This document shows positions 47,783 to 56,653 of a stretch of DNA of 64,000 bases, piece after piece. How positions within the stretch are numbered: the first letter of the stretch is position 1; each line of letters starts with the position of its first letter. The notes beneath the pieces are model-generated. The model was not told where the DNA came from, ran no database searches, and saw nothing but the letters and a program-made list of their open reading frames with translations. The stretch covers positions 768,001-832,000 of the forward strand of contig CAVSDR010000003.1 of the NCBI GenBank assembly GCA_963726745.1. Direction: 5' to 3'. The position numbers were made by a program, and so were the translations under genes. This stretch comes from an uncultured Verrucomicrobiae bacterium (GTDB taxonomy: Bacteria > Verrucomicrobiota > Verrucomicrobiia > Chthoniobacterales > UBA10450).

Positions 47783-48567
47783 ATGCCCTGCGCTCCGCTT
47801 CGTTATCTTGGCCTCGTTTTCCTCGCGCTCGCCGCGACGCCCGCCGGGGCGCAATCGAAAGCGGAGGCAACGCCGACCTTTTGGCAGCGCGATCCGGCAG
47901 CTGCTTTCGCGGATGAAGGCCGGATGCATTGCGCCCCGACCGCGGCCGCCGACGGCTTGATTTATTTAGCCAACGCTTTCGAACTTGAAGACCTGGTGCC
48001 GGGCGCCGGCCATGAGGAGCAGATCGAGCTGATCAAAGAATTAGCCGACGACTTCGAGACCGATCCGGCGATCGGCGGGACGAACCCGGACAAGATTCTC
48101 ACCGGCCTGCGCGCTTACGTGGAGAGCAAAGGCTACCAGCTCAGCCGGCTGGAATTGAAAAGCTGGCGCGGCGTCAGCGCGGCCAACCGGAAATGCTTGC
48201 TCGGCCTGCGGCCCGACCTGCCGTGGATGCAGAGCGCCGCGGAGGACGAGGAAACGGTCGTGCTCTTTAATTTCGGCTGGTACGAGGAGAACGATGCAGG
48301 CGGCTACACCCGCAACGGCGGCCACTGGGTCGCAGTCGTCGGACGGGGCGAGGAGCCGACGGAGTTTCTCGTGCACAATCCGCTGCTGCGCCCGGAATGC
48401 AGGAGGAGGAAAAATCCATCGAGCTCACCCTGATCGAGGAAGACTTCCCGGTCGGGAACGGGAACCTGCGCGGCTACTTCGAAGGCCGCGGCCCCGGCCT
48501 GCCGCACAGCGAGAAGTTTACCGCGATCCTCGACGCGGTGATCGTCTTCAGCCTCGAGCGGGAGTGA
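47783..48567 (+). CDS. Exported papain/C39-like cysteine peptidase-fold protein (frameshift near 48400)
   Basis: Signal peptide; Q...HCAPTAAA, GGHWVAVVG, VHNP give a Cys-His-Asn order. Confidence 0.55.
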
Positions 48568-48583
48568 TTTTGCCCCACCTGCG

Positions 48584-48967
48584 CTACGTGAGGAAGCGGA
48601 TCGTGAGTGGGTAGCGGAAGAACTTCCCGTCGCTGGCCTTGATCGAGGCAATGATCACGAGCACGGCGTTAAGCACCCAGAGCGCGGCGAGGAAAACAAA
48701 GCCGATGAGGATGAGGCAGAAGACCGCCGCGATCACGTTATAGAGCAACATCGAGAGCTGGAAATTCAGCGACTCCTTGCCGTGGGCGTCGATCTCCGGG
48801 GAGTCGTCGCGCTTGGCTGCCCAGACGACCAGCGGCCCGAGGACATGACCGGGGAAGTGGAAGAAAACGCCGAGCAAGGCGCTGGCGTGGCAGAAGACAT
48901 TCCAGAGGCGCACGTTGCTGTCGGTGGCCGGGGGATTGACGGGGGCGGGTGGGTAGGTGGTTTCCAT
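48584..48967 (-). CDS. DUF4870 membrane protein
   Basis: CHASAL, GPLVVW..KRD, HGKESLNFQLS, IKASDG..FRYPLTIR. Confidence 0.85.
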   Translation of the reverse strand: METTYPPAPVNPPATDSNVRLWNVFCHASALLGVFFHFPGHVLGPLVVWAAKRDDSPEIDAHGKESLNFQLSMLLYNVIAAVFCLILIGFVFLAALWVLNAVLVIIASIKASDGKFFRYPLTIRFLT

Positions 48968-49090
48968 GGCTTCTCCCAATAGATGCAACCGGAGGCGGCT
49001 TTGGATTCAAAGATTTTTTTCGCGCGTGGTCGCGGTCTCGAGGCTTGCGGCTTGACCATCTCGCTGCCTAACGAATAGCGTGCGCCCTTA

Positions 49091-49555
49091 ATGGATCCGC
49101 TGCCTGCCTCGCCTGCACCCACGCCGATCCCCGCTCCTCGGCCTGGGTGGTGGTCGCGCAATTGGAAATGGTTTCTGCCCGTGGGCTGCCTGACGATGAT
49201 CGCCGGCTTCCTCGTTTTCATCGGCGCGATCGTGCTCCTGGTCTTTGGCGCGATGAAGTCGAGCGATGCCTATAAAGGCGCGCTGGCACAGGCGCGGGCG
49301 AACCCGGCGGTGACGGAAGCGCTCGGGTCGCCGATCAAGGACGGCTGGTTTGTTTCCGGGAAGACGAACGTGGACGGCAGCGGCGGCGACGCGAATTTAG
49401 CCATCCCGCTCTCCGGGCCGAAAGCTGCGGGCAAGCTCTACGTAGTCGCGACAAAGACTGCCGGCCGCTGGCATTACACGACTCTCGAGCTGGAAGTGGA
49501 AGGGCGCGCGGAGCGAGTGGAATTGCTTGGGGAAAGCACCGGCGAAGAACCGTAG
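49091..49555 (+). CDS. Coa1-family membrane-anchored protein
   Basis: WWSRNWKWFLPVGC, ALGSPI, SG..N, ANLAIPLSGPK, W.Y. Confidence 0.75.
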   Translation: MDPLPASPAPTPIPAPRPGWWSRNWKWFLPVGCLTMIAGFLVFIGAIVLLVFGAMKSSDAYKGALAQARANPAVTEALGSPIKDGWFVSGKTNVDGSGGDANLAIPLSGPKAAGKLYVVATKTAGRWHYTTLELEVEGRAERVELLGESTGEEP

Positions 49556-49636
49556 CCCATCTTGCTGGGAAAGATTTCTGAATCCGGATGCGCGGGCCGG
49601 CGCATCTCATCAGGGAACGACACAATCGCCCTTGCA

Positions 49637-50323
49637 ATGAACACTTCCTCCGTCCCCGTCCGTCCCTTCGCGCTGCTCAAGCTGATCGTCCTCAGTTTGC
49701 TTGCGCTCGCGCTCTTTTTCCTCAACGCCTGCGACTGGGTGGGCGTGATCGAGGGCAATGGCCACACCACCACCGAGGAGCGCCCGGTGACTGGCTTTTC
49801 GAAGATCGAGGCCGGCGGCGCCTTCACCATCACCTGGACGCCCGGACCGGTGAAGGTCGCGATCACGACCGACGAAAATTTGCTCAAACACATCACCACC
49901 CATGTGAATGGCGACACCTTGAAGATCGAATGGGAAGAGCCGGTCCACGGGACGGACGGGATCAAGGTAAACCTCTCCAGCCCGCAGCTCACCGGGGCGC
50001 AGCTCAACGGCGCCACCCGCACCACGGCCACGGGATTGAGCGGTTCGGAGTTCTACCTGGAGGCAAATGGTGCCAGCCGCATTGTCCTGAGCGGCGCGGT
50101 TAACGCCCTTTCCGGCGAGCTGAACGGCGCGAGCAAACTCGTCGCCACCGACCTGCAAACGCGCGCGATGGAACTCTCGATCAGCGGCGCCGGGCGCGCC
50201 GATGTAAATGCGAGCGAAGTCTTGAAGGTCGACATCTCCGGTGCCGGCAAGGTGACCTACGAGGGCAACCCCGCGATCTCAAAGCAGATCAGCGGCGCCG
50301 GCAGCGTGAAGCGGCGCGATTGA
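49637..50323 (+). CDS. DUF2807 (head GIN domain) lipoprotein
   Basis: Lipobox FLNAC; EGNG..TTEER.V.GFSKI, DENLL, repeated SGAG, Y.GNP. Confidence 0.85.
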   Translation: MNTSSVPVRPFALLKLIVLSLLALALFFLNACDWVGVIEGNGHTTTEERPVTGFSKIEAGGAFTITWTPGPVKVAITTDENLLKHITTHVNGDTLKIEWEEPVHGTDGIKVNLSSPQLTGAQLNGATRTTATGLSGSEFYLEANGASRIVLSGAVNALSGELNGASKLVATDLQTRAMELSISGAGRADVNASEVLKVDISGAGKVTYEGNPAISKQISGAGSVKRRD

Positions 50324-50370
50324 TTTTTTCCCGCTTGCCGTCCGCGGACGCCGCGCGGAAGAGAAACGCC

Positions 50371-50772
50371 ATGAGCGAGCGACCTGCGGACACGTCCCCG
50401 AGCGGCTTTTCCTACAATACGCACCTCGATCTCCTGCACCGGCCGCTGGAGGTCATTGACATCGCCGGGCTGGTGGCCGCCTCACAGCATCAGTGGTGGA
50501 ACCAAACGCTTTGCCAGGTGGACGAGTCCGTCGTCCGCCTGGGCGTGGTTGAGGGTGAATACCATTGGCATCACCACGAAAACGAGGACGAGTTTTTCTA
50601 CGTCGTCAGCGGCCGTTTCCTGATCGATCTCGAAGAGCGCACCGTCGAGCTCGTCGGCGGGCAGGCTTTCGTGGTTCCGAAAGGCGTGCGGCATCGCCCG
50701 CGCGCGACCGAGCGCACGGTGATCTTGATGGTCGAGCGCGCCGGGATCGTTCCCACCGGACAGGCCGCCTGA
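50371..50772 (+). CDS. Cupin domain protein
   Basis: GEYHWHHHENEDEFFYV and VVPKGVRHRP cupin motifs. Confidence 0.88.
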   Translation: MSERPADTSPSGFSYNTHLDLLHRPLEVIDIAGLVAASQHQWWNQTLCQVDESVVRLGVVEGEYHWHHHENEDEFFYVVSGRFLIDLEERTVELVGGQAFVVPKGVRHRPRATERTVILMVERAGIVPTGQAA

Positions 50773-50773
50773 G

Positions 50774-51223
50774 CTACTCGTCGGCGTCTTTTTTACCCAG
50801 CGTTTTCAGCCGGGTCCGTAGCTCCTTGAGCCGGGCTTCGGTGTAGGTCAGCTCCGCATTATTCGCCTCGAGGGGCGCCAGCGAGCCGCCTTCGGAATCA
50901 ATTCCCTCCTTGGCCACTTTCGGCCGCTTTTTCAGCCACGCGGTCTGCTCCTGGAACAACTTCGTCCGCTCCTTTGTGGATAGTTTTTCGTAAAGGCGCA
51001 CGTAGGCGATGTAGAGCTGCGCGTCGGTCAGGTCGGCCACGTGGCGGCTCAAGCGGTTCATCTCCGCCTGCGTCTCGGCTTGGCGGAGATCTTGCAGGGA
51101 AGTTTTGATCGCCGGTGAAAGCGCCGGATACCAATCGTCCGGGGTGATCGCGCGGCTGCCCTGCGCGGAGGCGAACGTGCCTAACGAGAGGAAAAAGAGC
51201 GCGCCAAGAAAGAACTTTCGCAT
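50774..51223 (-). CDS. LprI/DUF1311 family exported protein
   Basis: Signal peptide; TQAEMN, EQTAWLKKR, GGSLAP, T.AR..EL. Confidence 0.75.
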   Translation of the reverse strand: MRKFFLGALFFLSLGTFASAQGSRAITPDDWYPALSPAIKTSLQDLRQAETQAEMNRLSRHVADLTDAQLYIAYVRLYEKLSTKERTKLFQEQTAWLKKRPKVAKEGIDSEGGSLAPLEANNAELTYTEARLKELRTRLKTLGKKDADE

Positions 51224-51254
51224 TCCGTTGCAATGCGCGACCTCGCCCGCTTTT

Positions 51255-52454
51255 TCAAGCTTTACTCGGCTCCGCCGGGCGCTCCGTCCCCTGCTCCAGC
51301 AGGCGCACGCGCTGGTCGAGATATGGCAGGCGAATCGTGAGCGTGAGGCCTTTGCCCTCGTTGCTCTCGAGCGAGAGTTCGCCGCCGTGTTCGCGCACGA
51401 TCCGGCGCACGATCAAGAGGCCCAGGCCGGAGCCGTTTTCTTTCGTGGTGTGATACGGTTCGAAGACCCGGCTGAGGCTTTCGGCCGACATTCCCCCGCC
51501 GCTATCGGTAAAGCTCACGAGCACGTGCTTCTCCTCGCGGTCCGTGCGGATGCGCAGGAGACCGCGGCGCTTCATCGCCTCGAAGCTGTTCTTGATCACG
51601 TTGTAAAACGCCTGCTTCATCTGGTCGCGATCCAGCTGCACGGCGGGCAAATCCGAGCGCAATTCCTGTTCGACCACGATGTCGCGATCCTCGATCTCGG
51701 CGGCAAAAAAGCGCACCGCTTCCGCGAGAATGCTGTTTAAATCTTCCGGCTGCAGCTGCGGCTTCGAGGGCCGGATCGCTTTCAGGAATTGGGTCACGAT
51801 CGAGTCCAGCCGGTTGATTTCCGAACGCGCGATGTCGATCGATTCCTGCAAGGGCGCGCGCAGCTCGCTGTCTAATTGTCGCACCTTCCGCTCCATCAAT
51901 TGCAGGTGAATCGTGAGCGAGTTCAGTGGGTTGCCGATCTCGTGGGCCACGCCCGCGGCCAGGAGAGTCAGCGCATTGAATCGCTCCGACTCGATCGTTT
52001 TCTCGGTCGAGCGCCGGCTCTCGGTGATGTCGCGCAGGATCATCGCATGGCCGACCGGCTGTCCGATTTCGCCCGCGCCATCCGCTCGCTTCTCCATCAC
52101 CAGCGGGACGGTGTAGAAATTGATGAAGCGGTTCGCCGGGTAGAACACCTCCATGTCGCGGCTGACCGCGCCCTCGGAACGCGAAAGCGCATCCCAGTCG
52201 ATCCCGCGCATGCGCTCGTCAAGCCGCTTGCCTAACGAGTTTTCCGCCTCGATCCCAAGCAGCTCGCAGGCGGCATCGTTCACGTAGGTGATCCGGCCTT
52301 TGGCGTCGGTGACAATGATCCCTTCCTGGATGGCATTGAAGACCGTCTCGATCAGGCCTTTCTCCTGCGCCAGCCGGAGCAGGTAATTCTGCACCTCCTC
52401 CGGGCCCACCCGGCCCAGGCGCTCGATCAACTTGTCGAGAAAGCCGGATTTCAT
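51255..52454 (-). CDS. PAS-domain sensor histidine kinase (NtrB-like)
   Basis: PAS ([15 protein letters not shown]), H-box AHEIGNPL, N-box NVIKNS, DSGGG, GSGLGL. Confidence 0.92.
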   Translation of the reverse strand: MKSGFLDKLIERLGRVGPEEVQNYLLRLAQEKGLIETVFNAIQEGIIVTDAKGRITYVNDAACELLGIEAENSLGKRLDERMRGIDWDALSRSEGAVSRDMEVFYPANRFINFYTVPLVMEKRADGAGEIGQPVGHAMILRDITESRRSTEKTIESERFNALTLLAAGVAHEIGNPLNSLTIHLQLMERKVRQLDSELRAPLQESIDIARSEINRLDSIVTQFLKAIRPSKPQLQPEDLNSILAEAVRFFAAEIEDRDIVVEQELRSDLPAVQLDRDQMKQAFYNVIKNSFEAMKRRGLLRIRTDREEKHVLVSFTDSGGGMSAESLSRVFEPYHTTKENGSGLGLLIVRRIVREHGGELSLESNEGKGLTLTIRLPYLDQRVRLLEQGTERPAEPSKA

Positions 52455-52516
52455 GGGCCCAGTCTAAGACGGCCCCATGACTTCCGCCAAGGATCGGGCG
52501 GGATTACGGCCTTCAG

Positions 52517-53245
52517 TCAGCGAGCGCGCCGGACGATGCGCCCGGTCCCGAGCAAGCCCGCCAAGGCCAGCCCCAGAAGCGTCAAAGTGCCGCTTGTTTC
52601 CGGCACCGCCGCGGGTCCGCCAGTCGCGCGGATGAGCCAATTTCCAGCAAACCCGATGCTTTCTGTCGAGGTCACGGGAAGGCCGTTGCTGTTGAGATTA
52701 TTGATGTTGCCCGCGCCCGCAGTGCCGGCGGCAATGAAAGAGCGATTGGCAAAAGTAGGCGCGGTTTGGTCCAAAGCCGCGGGAAAAGCCCCCGCGGGGT
52801 GGGTAATGCGGAAGCCGACAAAAAAGTTTGCCGTCAGGACGGTCGTCGGCGCAATTGCAATGTTGACGAAGGTGTTCGTCCCGAAGCCGGAGATCACGCC
52901 CGCCGCGGTGGCCAGGACCATGGCGTCGCCGGGTAGGCCGTCCCCGTTCGGATCGCTCCAGAGAACCGCGGTGAAGGAAGTTCCGTTCAAATTCGTGCCG
53001 TTGCCCGCACGCCCGAAGGCGATCGAAATACTGGAGATGGTGTTGAATCCCGGCAGGGTGGAGAAGGAGTTCAGCGCGATGAGATCCCCACCGCTAGTGA
53101 GCCCAATAGCGTTGTCGGCCGTGCCGTTATCGATCAGATAATTCTGCGCTTGCAGCGAAACTCCCGCCCCGGCGAGCACAAGGGCGGCGGCGGCGAGACC
53201 GAGAATCCGAGAGAAAGGAGAAAAACGGCGGCCTGAAGTTTTCAT
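52517..53245 (-). CDS. Surface protein with VPDSG-CTERM-like sorting signal
   Basis: Start revised to MKTSGRR; signal peptide; C-terminal AVPETSGTLTLLGLALAGLLGTGRIVRRAR. Confidence 0.8.
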   Translation of the reverse strand: MKTSGRRFSPFSRILGLAAAALVLAGAGVSLQAQNYLIDNGTADNAIGLTSGGDLIALNSFSTLPGFNTISSISIAFGRAGNGTNLNGTSFTAVLWSDPNGDGLPGDAMVLATAAGVISGFGTNTFVNIAIAPTTVLTANFFVGFRITHPAGAFPAALDQTAPTFANRSFIAAGTAGAGNINNLNSNGLPVTSTESIGFAGNWLIRATGGPAAVPETSGTLTLLGLALAGLLGTGRIVRRAR

Positions 53246-53461
53246 ACCGAGGCGAATAGCAATAATGATTCCCAAGAGAAACAGATGGAATCCTGCAGCT
53301 CGCGAACTGCTAGATAACCCATTCATTTCCTTTTGGTTAGAACCTATAGTGAAATTTTTTGGCGGATTCCGGAGCCGTTCTCACATCTGCAAATCCGTAA
53401 AAATGGCCGACACTTTCTTGCGAAGACGCGTCTGCGGGGAGGTGGCTAACGAATCTTGCAC

Positions 53462-54844
53462 ATGAGCCTTGCCGGCATCGAATCGGAACGAGTCGCACCG
53501 CTGAATGAGCGCCTTGTCGCGCGCGGCGACTACGTGCTCTACTGGATGCAGCAAGCGCAGCGAGCGCGGTTCAATCACGCGCTCGAGTATGCGATTGCGC
53601 GGGCGAACAAGCTCGGGCAGCCGCTGCTCGTCGCCTTCGGCTTGATGGACGATTACCCGGAGGCAAACGCGCGGCATTACGCCTTTCTGCTCGATGGACT
53701 GCGCGACGTGGGCCTGGCGCTGGAGGCGCGCGGGATCGGCTTTGCGGTGCAACATGGCGCGCCGGCCACGGTGGCCATCTCGCTGGCTAAAAACGCTTCG
53801 CTTCTGGTTTGCGATCGCGGCTACCTGACGCCGCAGAAAGCCTGGCGCACTGAGGTAGCGCAAGCCGCCAAGTGCGCGGTGGTGCAAGTCGAGAGCGACG
53901 TCGTCGTCCCGGTAAATGCGGCCTCGGATAAACGCGAGTTTGCCGCCCGCACCCTGCGCCCAAAGCTCACCCGTCTCTGGCCAAAATATCTCCAGCCGGT
54001 CCGCGCCGTCCGGTTGGAAAAGCAGAGCGTGGAGCTGGCGCCGCGCGGGCTCGATTGGCGCAAGCCGGAGAAGTTGCTGGCTAAACTGAAACTCGACCGC
54101 TCAGTCCCACCGGTGCCGCAGCATTTCCGCGGTGGCACCCGGGAGGCAGAGCGCGTCTTCCGGCACTTTTGCCGCGCGCTTTTCGCGGACTACAAGGAGA
54201 CGCGCAATCAGCCGCAAACCGACAACGTCTCGCAGATGAGCAAGTATCTGCACTTCGGCCAGGTCTCGCCGATCTGGCTGGCGCTCGAAGCGCGCCGACA
54301 CGCCGAAGCTGCCGGCAAAACGAACGTCGACAGCTTCATCGATGAGCTCCTGGTCCGGCGCGAACTCTCGATGAATTGGTGCGAGTTCACCCCGGGCTAC
54401 GAAAGTTACCAAGTGCTGCCCGACTGGGCGCAGAAGACGCTGGCTAAACATGCACGCGACCCGCGCCCGCACGTCTACTCCCGTGCCGAGCTCGAACAGG
54501 CCGCAACGCATGATCCCTATTGGAACGCAGCCATGAACGAGATGGTCGCGACCGGTTACATGCACAATCACATGCGCATGTACTGGGGCAAAAAAATCCT
54601 CGAGTGGAGCGCGACGCCGGAGGAAGGACACGCGGCTGCGCTGGCCTTAAACAACAAGTTTTTCCTCGATGGCCGCGACGCTAATTCCTTCGCGAACATC
54701 GCCTGGGTCTTCGGGCAGCACGATCGCCCGTGGCCAGAGCGCCCGGTCTTTGGCAAGGTGCGCTATATGAACGCCGCCGGCCTCGAGCGGAAGTGCGATA
54801 TCGCCGGCTATGTCGCAAAGGTGAACGCGCTGGCTACGCGGTGA
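53462..54844 (+). CDS. phr: Class II CPD photolyase
   Basis: VLYWMQQAQR..NHAL, ARTLRPK, S.YLHFGQ, THDPYWNAA, GYMHNHMRMYWGKKILEW, DGRDANS, VRYMN. Confidence 0.92.
   Translation: MSLAGIESERVAPLNERLVARGDYVLYWMQQAQRARFNHALEYAIARANKLGQPLLVAFGLMDDYPEANARHYAFLLDGLRDVGLALEARGIGFAVQHGAPATVAISLAKNASLLVCDRGYLTPQKAWRTEVAQAAKCAVVQVESDVVVPVNAASDKREFAARTLRPKLTRLWPKYLQPVRAVRLEKQSVELAPRGLDWRKPEKLLAKLKLDRSVPPVPQHFRGGTREAERVFRHFCRALFADYKETRNQPQTDNVSQMSKYLHFGQVSPIWLALEARRHAEAAGKTNVDSFIDELLVRRELSMNWCEFTPGYESYQVLPDWAQKTLAKHARDPRPHVYSRAELEQAATHDPYWNAAMNEMVATGYMHNHMRMYWGKKILEWSATPEEGHAAALALNNKFFLDGRDANSFANIAWVFGQHDRPWPERPVFGKVRYMNAAGLERKCDIAGYVAKVNALATR
54587..54831 (+). repeat. Direct repeat copy A (3' 245 nt of photolyase)
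   Basis: Aligns without gaps to 55902-56146; 10 mismatches counted by eye. Confidence 0.93.
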
Positions 54845-55580
54845 CGCTTCTGCGGAGCAAAGCGAGGCCGCTCAAGGCAAAGGCGAGGAGGGCAAGCGTG
54901 CTCCCGGTTTCCGGCACCGATGCCGGACCGGACGGGATCTGGCGCAACTGGAAACCGTTGATGTAGCCGACTTCCTCCCAAGAGAAAGAGATGTTCTGGG
55001 TCGCGGAATCGGCGGTAAAACTGCCGAGCACGTACTCGCCTAGCCCGCCGACCGCGTGGTCGTCGTTGCTGTAGAGCGTCACGCTCGTCGTGCCGGTGGT
55101 CAGCTTGTTGTCGTAGCTGAATTGGTCGGAAGATTGGTTCACCCAAAGTTGGAACTGATACTGCACACCGGCGATCAAGCCGGACATAATGAGGTTGAGC
55201 GTGCCGGAAACGCCTACGACGTGCGACATGAGCAGGGCCTGATACTGCGCGGTGAGCGTGCTGAAGGGTGCGCTCGAGGAGCCGGAATCCACGTTGCTGG
55301 CAAAAGTCCCGCCGCTCGAAGCGAGGGTGAAATTACCCACGGTGCCATTGCCGCCGGGGGCGGCGAAGCTTTGGAACGGGACGCCATTGACGGTCGTGCT
55401 CGGGACCCCGACACCACCGACGTTAAAGGCACCAACGAGGTTACCGTTTGTGCTCACATCGGCGTTGCCTGAGATCTGGGCGGGGACACCCCAGGCGATG
55501 TCGGCCGCGCCTGCGGAGTGGAGGAATAGCGCGGAGAGGCCGGCAACGGCCACAACAACGACAGCGAATCGCTTCTTCAT
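54834..55580 (-). CDS. Surface protein with VPDSG-CTERM-like sorting signal
   Basis: Start revised to MKKRFAV; signal peptide; C-terminal SVPETGSTLALLAFALSGLALLRRSVTA. Confidence 0.82.
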   Translation of the reverse strand: MKKRFAVVVVAVAGLSALFLHSAGAADIAWGVPAQISGNADVSTNGNLVGAFNVGGVGVPSTTVNGVPFQSFAAPGGNGTVGNFTLASSGGTFASNVDSGSSSAPFSTLTAQYQALLMSHVVGVSGTLNLIMSGLIAGVQYQFQLWVNQSSDQFSYDNKLTTGTTSVTLYSNDDHAVGGLGEYVLGSFTADSATQNISFSWEEVGYINGFQLRQIPSGPASVPETGSTLALLAFALSGLALLRRSVTA

Positions 55581-55723
55581 AGTTTCGGGGAAGGGAGGGG
55601 GTAGACCAGCTTCTCTGGACGCCTGCGCGTCGCTGGATTGCGGCTTTTGAAACAAAAGCCACAAGCCGTGTCCAGTGGAAATTCCATACAGAATCCACGC
55701 CCCCGACGAGCCGGCGGAGCCCA

Positions 55724-55885
55724 TCACTGCGCCGGCGGGACCAAATCCCAGTCTTTCGGCACCGGGTCCACTTCGAGATGCCGGGAGGACTCGGTCTTGG
55801 CAAACTCGGCCGCACGCGCGAGGCCGACGACGACCACGAAGGTCACGATGACCCCAAGGATGAAGATGGCGATGAGGTATTCCAT
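55724..55885 (-). CDS. 53-aa single-TM small protein, copy A (not in ORF track)
   Basis: Manual translation MEYLIAIFILGVIVTFVVVVGLARAAEFAKTESSRHLEVDPVPKDWDLVPPAQ; same-length paralog at 56199-56360. Confidence 0.8.
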   Translation of the reverse strand: MEYLIAIFILGVIVTFVVVVGLARAAEFAKTESSRHLEVDPVPKDWDLVPPAQ

Positions 55886-55901
55886 CGCCTTCTAGCCTTG
55901 T

Positions 55902-56171
55902 GGCAAAAAAATCCTCGAGTGGAGCGCGACCCCGCAGGAAGGACATGCGGCTGCGCTGGCCTTAAACAACAAGTTTTTCCTCGATGGCCGCGACGCTAAT
56001 TCCTTCGCGAACATCGCCTGGGTCTTCGGGCAGCACGACCGGCCGTGGCCCGAGCGCCCGGTCTTTGGCAAAGTGCGCTACATGAACGCCGCCGGCCTTG
56101 AGCGGAAGTGCGATATCGCCGGCTATGTCGCGAAGGTGAACGCGCTCATGGCGCGCTCCAGACAGAGCTAA
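55902..56171 (+). pseudogene. Orphan 3' fragment of class II photolyase (direct repeat copy B, 55902-56146, with its own stop at 56171)
   Basis: Translates GKKILEWSATPQEGH...VNALMARSRQS*; no upstream photolyase sequence. Confidence 0.85.
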
Positions 56172-56198
56172 CTCGGACGCGGAGAAAAGCGAGCGACT

Positions 56199-56360
56199 CT
56201 ATTCTGGCGGAGGCACCAAATCCCAATCCTTCGGAACGGGATCGATTTCCAGATGCGTGGCCGTTTCCGTCTTGGCAAACTCCGCGGCCCGCGCCAGCCC
56301 GACGATGACAATGAAGGTGACGATCACCCCAAGGAGGAAGATGGCGATGACGTAGTCCAT
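56199..56360 (-). CDS. 53-aa single-TM small protein, copy B (not in ORF track)
   Basis: Manual translation MDYVIAIFLLGVIVTFIVIVGLARAAEFAKTETATHLEIDPVPKDWDLVPPPE; 42/53 identical to copy A; starts 6 nt after the 64-aa gene stop. Confidence 0.82.
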   Translation of the reverse strand: MDYVIAIFLLGVIVTFIVIVGLARAAEFAKTETATHLEIDPVPKDWDLVPPPE

Positions 56361-56366
56361 CGCGCC

Positions 56367-56561
56367 TCACCCTTTCCGAATACGACTGACGGTGCCGGCG
56401 AGGAGGACGACACGCACGCCCACCCAAAGGGCGAGAATGCTTGGGACCCAAAGGCCGACGAAAACGCCGTAGTCGCGGTTAACGAGAAACCAGAGGGCAA
56501 TGCTGGCCGCGAGACTTGCGACCGTCGCGATGAGAAAAGGATAGTCGATTTTTGTAAACAT
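56367..56561 (-). CDS. 64-aa two-TM small membrane protein
   Basis: SLAASIALWF and GVFVGLWVPSIL hydrophobic segments; divergent from the (6-4) photolyase. Confidence 0.7.
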   Translation of the reverse strand: MFTKIDYPFLIATVASLAASIALWFLVNRDYGVFVGLWVPSILALWVGVRVVLLAGTVSRIRKG

Positions 56562-56653
56562 AGGCGTGGAAGGTTACCCAGGCTTACGGCTGTTCCGCCA
56601 GCGCGGACTCAATCACGCGCGTCCGCCCGCCGGGGGGTCGCGAAGTAATAACG

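Noticed and set aside
10693..48567. Frameshifts in addA, both CDP-alcohol phosphotransferases, flippase, bCerS-like GNAT, Gfo/Idh/MocA, GH1-like, waaA, the 44679 protein, GT2/MTase and the C39-like gene, read as pseudogenes or programmed frameshifting
   Set aside because: They hit unrelated genes including normally essential waaA, motifs are intact on both sides, and I saw no shared slippery site. Sequencing or assembly indels are the simplest explanation; read polishing would settle it.
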